64,000 bases of DNA from a virus (Duplodnaviria; Caudoviricetes). Location: positions 21,360-85,359 of IMG/VR virus record IMGVR_UViG_2834917809_000007. One strand, written 5' to 3'. The translations under genes were made by a program, and so were the position numbers. A model generated the notes under the pieces. That model did no database searches. It was not told where the DNA came from and saw only the letters and a program-made list of their open reading frames with translations. Each line of letters begins with the position of its first letter. Positions within the stretch are counted from its first letter, which is position 1. Shown here piece after piece: positions 58,901 through 64,000 of the stretch.

Positions 58901-59338
58901 CCTGAGATTGTTAACGCCCCGGTAAATCGTCCTGGTCGGGATCGTGCTGCGGAGCTGGCTGAAATCGCTGCGGCTGTCATGCCAGCACCGGCCATTACGC
59001 AAATCACGGATAAGAGGGCTGACCCGGTGGCTATACGCCAGAAGATGTTCGCTTCCGTCGTCGCTGGGGTAATGGGCCTGGCAGCTGCCCCGGCAGAAGC
59101 CGCACCACTTCATCCGTACAGTGTACCTGTCAGGACTCAACCGGCGCCGTCGGCAAAGACAGAGAGACAGCCGCAGGTCATTAAGTACGAGATAAGCGCG
59201 CCAATTCATATTGTCGCCCAGCCAGGGCAAAGCGCACAGGATATCGCCCGCGAGGTGGCCCGGCAGCTTGATGAGCGAGAGCGCAGGGCCAGGGCCAAAA
59301 CACGCAGTAATTTCAGTGATCGAGGGGGTTACGAATAA
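55895..59338 (+). CDS. T: Tape measure protein (1147 aa)
   Basis: P2 gpT N-terminus; TP901-like core; internal repeat expansions. Confidence 0.95.
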   Translation: MSDTNLRLQVILNAVDKLTRPFRSAQASSKELATAIQQSRARLKELDAQAGRIDGFRKASAQLAVTGNSLKAAREEAAKLATQFSATNRPTAAQARLLEQAKNRVNELQSKYNGLRQSVQRQRLALNEAGLDTKKLSSAQRELRQNADETRQALDRQQKSLKRLGKQQARMNAVRDQYSRRLEVRDRIAGAGATTTAAGLAMGAPVMAAVKSYASMEDAMKGVAKQVNGLRDDNGNRTKQFYDMQDAIKAASEQLPMENGAIDYAALVEGGARMGVTNQNDSYEDQKRDLLAFASTAAKAATAFELPADELAEGLGKIAQLYKVPTRNIEQLGDALNYLDDNAMSKGGDIINVLQRMGGVADRLDFRKAAALGSTFLSLGAAPEIAASASNAMVRELSIATMQSKRFMEGMDLLKLNPEEIEKQMTKDAMGTIQRVLEKVNKLPQDKRLSAMTMIFGKEFGDDAAKLANNLPELQRQLKLTSGTEANGSMQKESDINKDSLSAQWLLVKTGAQNAFSSLGETLRQPLMDIMGYVKSVTGALRRWVEANPQLAGTLMKVAAATAAITVVLGTLAVAVAAVLGPLAVIRLGLSVLGVKTLPSVMSAVTRTGGALSWLANAPLSLLRRGMAASGSSTGLLTTPLNSLRRSAGLAGNALKALAGAPLAVLRSGMSGIRNIIGMVMNPLTALRGGLSAAGGVVRFLASGPLALLRVALYGISGLLGALLSPIGLVVAALAGVALVVWKYWQPISAFLGGVVEGFKAAAAPISAAFEPLQPVFQWIGDKVQALWGWFTDLLTPVKSTSAELQNAASMGRQFGEALASGLNMVMHPLDSLKSGVSWLLEKLGIVSKEAAKAKLPEQVTRQQPATVNTDGKVVLPPGGFPTMGFAGMYDSGGTIPRGQFGIVGENGPEIVNGPANVTGRKRTADLARVAATLNPSRTEPASAKQRPERGIVLPPDSVNGPANLPIINRTTELVKLAATVSPVRDVTASPEQRPESRLILPPEIVNAPVNRPGRDRAAELAEIAAAVMPAPAITQITDKRADPVAIRQKMFASVVAGVMGLAAAPAEAAPLHPYSVPVRTQPAPSAKTERQPQVIKYEISAPIHIVAQPGQSAQDIAREVARQLDERERRARAKTRSNFSDRGGYE

Positions 59339-59823
59339 TGATGATGGTGCTGGGGTTGTACGTATTCATGCTGCGAACCGTGCCCTATCAGGAGCTGCAG
59401 TATCAGCGCAGCTGGCGGCACGCAGCAAACAGCCGGGTTAACCGGCGCCCGTCAACGCAGTTTCTTGGGCCGGATAATGATTCGCTTACTCTGTCCGGCG
59501 TCCTGCTGCCGGAGATAACCGGCGGCAGACTGTCTTTGCTGGCGCTGGAGCAGATGGCGGAGCTGGGGAAAGCCTGGCCTTTGATTGAGGGGAGCGGGAC
59601 GATTTACGGCATGTTTGTGATCGAGAGTCTGAGCCAGACAAAAACAGAATTTTTTGAGAGCGGTATGCCCCGGCGCATCGAATTTTCGCTGAGCCTGAAA
59701 CGGGTGGATGAATCGCTGTCTGATATGTTTGGCAGCCTCAGCGATCAGCTCAGTAATTTGCAGGACTCCGCCACTGCTGCGATAGGCAATATGAAAAATA
59801 CGGTTGGGGGGTTACTACAGTGA
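59338..59823 (+). CDS. U: Tail protein U
   Basis: MMMVLGLYVF, QFLGP. Confidence 0.95.
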   Translation: MMMVLGLYVFMLRTVPYQELQYQRSWRHAANSRVNRRPSTQFLGPDNDSLTLSGVLLPEITGGRLSLLALEQMAELGKAWPLIEGSGTIYGMFVIESLSQTKTEFFESGMPRRIEFSLSLKRVDESLSDMFGSLSDQLSNLQDSATAAIGNMKNTVGGLLQ

Positions 59824-60920
59824 ATTTCAGCTCTGATCTCCTGAACCTGAACAGCAATACCCCCGGTTTCAGCATCAACATTGAGGGTAAAGATGTGACT
59901 ACCGTGCTGGATGCGCGCCTGGTGAGTCTGACGCTGACGGATAACCGGGGCTTTGAAGCGGACCAGCTTGATCTGGAACTGGACGACTCGGACGGTCAAA
60001 TCGTTCTGCCGCGTCGGGGGGCCATTATTCAGTTTGCGCTGGGGTGGAGAGGTCAGCCGCTTTTTCCGAAAGGGGCCTTTACTGTCGATGAGATTGAGCA
60101 CAGCGGCGCGCCTGACCGTCTCACAATTCGCGCGCGTAGTGCAGATTTCCGTGAAACCCTGAACACGCGGCGTGAAAAGTCCTGGCATCAGACAACGGTG
60201 GGCGAAGTCGTGAAGGAAATCGCCGCCAGGCATAAATTACAAATGGCGCTGGGGCAGGACCTGATGGACAAGCCTGTGGATCATCTTGACCAGACCAACG
60301 AGAGCGATGCGAGTTTCCTGATGAAGCTGGCGCGACAGTATGGGGCGATAGCCTCAGTTAAGGACGGCAATCTGTTGTTTATCCGCCAGGGGCAGGGCAG
60401 AACGGCAAGCGGTAAGCCGCTGCCGGTGATCACCATAACCCGCCAGGCCGGTGACGGCCATCGTTTTACCCTGGCAGATCGCGATGCCTATACGGGGGTG
60501 ATTGCCAGCTGGCTACATACCCGTGAGCCAAAGAAAAAAGAGACAGCAAAGGTTAAGCGCCGTCGAAAGAAAACCACCGCGGTAAAGGAGCCGGAAGCTA
60601 AACAGGGAGATTACCTGGTTGGAACGGATGAAAACGTGCTGGTACTCAACAGAACTTATGCAAACCGAAGCAACGCAGAGCGAGCGGCAAAGATGCAGTG
60701 GGAGCGCCTGCAACGCGGGGTTGCAACATTCTCCCTGCAGCTCGCAGAGGGAAGGGCTGATCTGTATACCGAAATGCCGGTGAAGGTGAGCGGCTTTAAA
60801 CAGCCTATTGATGATGCCGAATGGACCATTACCACGCTGACGCATAGTGTCAGTGCAGATAATGGTTTCACTACGACGCTGGAGCTTGAGGTAAAGATAG
60901 ATGATTTAGAAATGGAATGA
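59820..60920 (+). CDS. D: Tail protein D
   Basis: DNRGFEADQL, QTNESDASFL. Confidence 0.95.
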   Translation: MNFSSDLLNLNSNTPGFSINIEGKDVTTVLDARLVSLTLTDNRGFEADQLDLELDDSDGQIVLPRRGAIIQFALGWRGQPLFPKGAFTVDEIEHSGAPDRLTIRARSADFRETLNTRREKSWHQTTVGEVVKEIAARHKLQMALGQDLMDKPVDHLDQTNESDASFLMKLARQYGAIASVKDGNLLFIRQGQGRTASGKPLPVITITRQAGDGHRFTLADRDAYTGVIASWLHTREPKKKETAKVKRRRKKTTAVKEPEAKQGDYLVGTDENVLVLNRTYANRSNAERAAKMQWERLQRGVATFSLQLAEGRADLYTEMPVKVSGFKQPIDDAEWTITTLTHSVSADNGFTTTLELEVKIDDLEME

Positions 60921-60989
60921 TAGTGTTCACAAAATGGATGTTCGTGTATCATTATGGGATTGCGGGTAATGACTTGGGGAGAAACGGAT

Positions 60990-61208
60990 ATGATGAATTG
61001 TCCGAAATGCGGACATGCTGCACATACTCGCAGTAGCTTTCGTGTATCAGATAATACGAAAGAGCGTTATTGCCAGTGCCAAAACATTAACTGTGGAACC
61101 ACTTTTGTTACTCATGAAACCGTAGTGCGCTTTATCGTAACACCCGGACTGGTCGATCATGTGCCTCCGCACCCTTTAAACAGTGGTCAGGGACATATGA
61201 ATTTTTGA
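60990..61208 (+). CDS. ogr: Late transcription activator (Ogr/Delta zinc finger)
   Basis: CPKC...CQNINC. Confidence 0.93.
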   Translation: MMNCPKCGHAAHTRSSFRVSDNTKERYCQCQNINCGTTFVTHETVVRFIVTPGLVDHVPPHPLNSGQGHMNF

Positions 61209-61214
61209 CAAACT

Positions 61215-61237
61215 AACCCGCTTCGGCGGGTTTTTTA
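61215..61237 (+). terminator. Terminator after ogr
   Basis: AACCCGC-TTCG-GCGGGTT followed by a T run. Confidence 0.85.
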
Positions 61238-61256
61238 TTGCTGGCAGCTTATTTCC

Positions 61257-61275
61257 TGCTGCCATTTTGCTGCCA
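61257..61275. repeat. Arm-type repeats of prophage 2 (right)
   Basis: TGCTGCCATTTTGCTGCCA. Confidence 0.8.
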
Positions 61276-61344
61276 ACGATGAAACCATAAACAAAAAAGC
61301 CACTCGCGAGAGTGGCTTAATTATATGATTCTAAAGCTAAAATT

Positions 61345-61391
61345 TGGTGGCCCCTGCTGGACTTGAACCAGCGACCAAGCGATTATGAGTC
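61345..61391 (-). repeat. att core, tRNA-Ile(CAT) 3' 47 nt, copy 3
   Basis: Identical to copy 1. Confidence 0.95.
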
Positions 61392-61516
61392 ATATGGATT
61401 TGATGTTTCATGATTTTTCATATTTTTGCAATTAGACTTAATGGATATAAATAACAATAGTTTATTTTATGATTGCTGTTTCATGTTGTTCTGCTTTTTA
61501 TCCTTCAGTATCATCA

Positions 61517-61560
61517 TTACGTCACCCACTACATCACCCAGAATCAGCTAGGTGATGTAA
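61517..61560. repeat. Arm-type sites of island B
   Basis: TTACGTCACCCA and CTACATCACCCA in tandem plus inverted TAGGTGATGTAA; same geometry as 8989-9034. Confidence 0.75.
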
Positions 61561-61582
61561 CGAAGGAAGAACAGAAAACGCT

Positions 61583-62890
61583 ATGTCTGATAATTTAACT
61601 GTCTCGATGATTAGCGGCTTAAAGCCGAAAACAACTGCTTACTACATCTGGGACAAAAGCGGTGAGCGTGGGGCTGGGCGTTTAGGGGTGAAAGTCGAGC
61701 CATCAGGCCAGCGAGTTTTTTACTATCGCTATTTTTGGCAGGGTAAACGGCAATTCATTCTGCTTGGCCGCTTTCCTGAGTTGTCACTCGCTCAGGCAAG
61801 GCTGCAATGTAAGGAACATGCGGGCCTTCTTAAAGAAGGAAAATCTCCTAAAGCTGAAATCGCAGAACAACTCTTTACTGCCGAACAACAACAGCGCGAA
61901 GACCAGCTCAAAGGCAGCATTGAGCAACTCATTTTGGGTTACACCACCAAAATGCGTGAAGACGGCAAACGTACCTGGCAACAGGTCCTGTACCGGCTGG
62001 AAAAAGAAACCTACCTATTTATACCTAAAGTGACGAAAGCGCGTGACGTTACACCCGCTCATATCAAACAAATTCTGGCGGCTATTATCAAACGTGGAGC
62101 CTCGGTTGAAGCAAACCGTGTCCGCTCTTATCTAATGGCAGCCTTCAATTATGGATTGAAGGCAGACAACGACCCGGCAAACCACCTGCAGAATGTTATG
62201 TTTGGGCTCCTGATGAACCCAGTCAGTGTCATTCCTAAACAATCAGCAGCGGAAAAACCGGGTACAAACTGGCTGAAATTAGATGAGTTGCTGCAATTGA
62301 TGGGGGATTTCCCCAAAGCGCCAAAAGTGGGCTTGTTAATCAGTCAATTGCTTAACTTATGTGTCTACACGGGCGGCCAGAGGCCACATGAACTGGTTTC
62401 CAGCCGTTGGGGTGCGATTAACTGGGAAGAGAAGACGTTATTGATAGTGGCGGATGTTTCGAAAAATAAAAGAGACCATCTGGTACCGTTGACTGAGTCA
62501 GCCATTGGGATACTCGAAAAGTTGAAAGCTGAGAATCTTAATCAGAGCCCTTACATCTTCCCGCAGCGCATCAAATCTGAACAGCATCTGCGCACAGACA
62601 GCTTCGCGCAAGCCATCATCTATTATCGGGAACACTTTTCGTTGAGCCCGTCATTTATTGCTCGTGATATTCGCCGTACCTGTAAGACTCTGATGGGGGA
62701 AGCGGGTATCGCTAAAGACCTGCGTGACCGTATTCAGAACCATGCCCTACAGGATGTAAGTTCTAAACACTATGATCGTTACGATTACTTGGTTGAAAAG
62801 CGTAAGGCACTCGAAATCTGGGAGTCGCGGGTGAACAACCACCAGCAACAGCAAGAAAACAACGTAGTGAATCTTTTTCGGCAGAAATGA
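61583..62890 (+). CDS. int: Tyrosine integrase, P4/IntA family (paralogue of 9060-10376)
   Basis: Shared RSYLMAAFNYGLKADNDP, DVSSKHYDRYDY and QQQENNVVNLF; catalytic motif RDIRRT. Confidence 0.95.
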   Translation: MSDNLTVSMISGLKPKTTAYYIWDKSGERGAGRLGVKVEPSGQRVFYYRYFWQGKRQFILLGRFPELSLAQARLQCKEHAGLLKEGKSPKAEIAEQLFTAEQQQREDQLKGSIEQLILGYTTKMREDGKRTWQQVLYRLEKETYLFIPKVTKARDVTPAHIKQILAAIIKRGASVEANRVRSYLMAAFNYGLKADNDPANHLQNVMFGLLMNPVSVIPKQSAAEKPGTNWLKLDELLQLMGDFPKAPKVGLLISQLLNLCVYTGGQRPHELVSSRWGAINWEEKTLLIVADVSKNKRDHLVPLTESAIGILEKLKAENLNQSPYIFPQRIKSEQHLRTDSFAQAIIYYREHFSLSPSFIARDIRRTCKTLMGEAGIAKDLRDRIQNHALQDVSSKHYDRYDYLVEKRKALEIWESRVNNHQQQQENNVVNLFRQK

Positions 62891-63027
62891 AGGCTACTTA
62901 AATCGGAACTCTGGATTTGCTGGCGAGACCAACGGTTTTCGCCAGTTTTCGGTTGTGTTTAAGTTGTTGCTCAATTTACTTTCTACCAACAGGTCCTTGT
63001 TTCTTAAGATCAATGTGGCCTTTTACG

Positions 63028-63594
63028 GGTAATGGTTCCAACTTACTGATAGTGGTTTATGTTCAGAAAATGCCCGATGACTTTGTCATGCAGCCCCACC
63101 GATTTTGAGAACGACAGTGACTTCCTTCCCAGCCTGGCTAGAGGCTGTCTCACATTCATGTTATGCAGTTTAATGCGCTGCGTGTAACGTTTGCTGATAA
63201 TGTGCAGCTTTCCCTTCAGGCGTGACTCATACAGCGGCCAGCCATCCGTCATCCATACCACGACCACGACATCAAAGGGCGACAGCAGGCTCAGAAGAAG
63301 CTCCAGCGTGGCCATAGTGCGTTCATTGAAGACGTGTGCTACGACCGTCCTGCGTATCCTGTCATACGCTAAAACAGCCAGCGCTGGCGTGATTTAGCAC
63401 CGCCGCAGCCCCACTGTTCGTCCATTTCAGCGCAGACAATAACGTCACTGCCCGGTTGTATGCGGGAGGTTACCTGCTGTGGCCTGAGTATTTAAGTGCC
63501 GTAAAATCGTGTTGAGGCCAACGCCCATAATGCGGGCGGTTGCCCGGCATCCGACGCCATTCATGGTCATATCAACGATTTTCTGGTGTGTACC
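63028..63594 (-). mobile_element. Degenerate, truncated IS1
   Basis: IS1 terminal IR GGTAATG..TCCAACTTA.TGATAGTG; InsB-like residues [13 protein letters not shown]...KRYTQRI; insA end missing. Confidence 0.85.
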
Positions 63595-64000
63595 CGTCCA
63601 GATATAGGTCACATCACCACGCATGGTTGGGCTCCGTTACGGCAAACTGTCGCTCAAGATTATTCGAGATAACGACGTGCTCATGACCGCCACGTTTATA
63701 CCGGTGAGTCGACTGCTGGCCACTAATCAGTCCCAGCTCTTTCATAAGCCTGCCAGTAAGCCAGCGCCCCATCTGGTAGCCTCTCCGGGTTGCCATTGTG
63801 GTGATTTTCGATTTTTTTGGTGTCATCGGAGAGACTTTTGGTGTTTTGCCCTGACGCTCATTACGCAGTTGTTTGACCCCTCTTGTCATTGTGGAAAGGC
63901 CGACATTCGTAGCTTTGGCGGCATCTGCCACCGTGTAGTTCTGGTCAACAACTAGTTGAGCGGATTCGCGTTTGAACTCTGTACTGAAATTTTTTTTCAT
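63595..64000 (-). pseudogene. Degenerate IS3-family (IS911-like) remnant
   Basis: OrfA start [18 protein letters not shown] fused through deletions to OrfB pieces ([19 protein letters not shown]). Confidence 0.8.

Larger units (their letters stand above)
26612..61391. mobile_element. Complete 186/P2-like prophage 2 (about 34.7 kb)
   Basis: Full gene set from int to ogr between att direct repeats; cos, ori and late promoters identifiable. Confidence 0.96.
61345..64000. mobile_element. Integrative island B (left end; continues beyond the window)
   Basis: att, arm repeats and integrase arranged as in island A. Confidence 0.85.

Noticed and set aside
57193-59007. 604-aa antisense ORF inside the tape-measure gene
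   Set aside because: Ser/Ala/Pro-rich mirror of GC-rich Ala/Gly/Leu codons
8816-61391. CRISPR array from the repeated 47-mer or the 11-12-bp tandem repeats
   Set aside because: Copies are kilobases apart or are simple doublets; no spacer periodicity and no cas genes
1-64000. Retron, diversity-generating retroelement or group II intron
   Set aside because: No reverse-transcriptase motifs in any ORF and no template/variable repeat pair

Overview
This is an enterobacterial accessory region built from four mobile elements stacked in tandem at one tRNA-Ile(CAT) (ileX/ileY-type) attachment site. The 47-bp 3' part of the tRNA, on the minus strand, is repeated at 8816, 26612 and 61345, and the intact tRNA should lie beyond the right edge of the window. 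(1) 1-8862 is the tail end of an HP1/K139-like P2-family prophage. It has a 1209-aa mosaic tail fibre/spike with an intramolecular chaperone and a LexA-boxed orphan gene. (2) 8816-26658 is a 17.8-kb integrative defence island. It carries a P4-family integrase, a four-gene operon (classic-clade AAA ATPase, amphipathic helical protein, ZorA-like and ZorB-like motor) with no recognisable ZorC/D/E/F/G, an orphan HigA-like HTH gene, a complete type I R-M system, and an IS-truncated ATPase-STAS-membrane module. (3) 26612-61391 is an apparently complete 34.7-kb 186/P2-like prophage. It has three DNA methyltransferases, cargo in two known moron slots, an ERIC-bracketed gene, and a three-site invertible tail-fibre cassette system. 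(4) 61345-64000 is the start of a second island with a paralogous integrase, followed by IS1 and IS911-like debris. The best candidate for an undescribed system is the non-canonical Zorya-like operon at 10543-15382. All family assignments are by eye from motifs; no database search was run.
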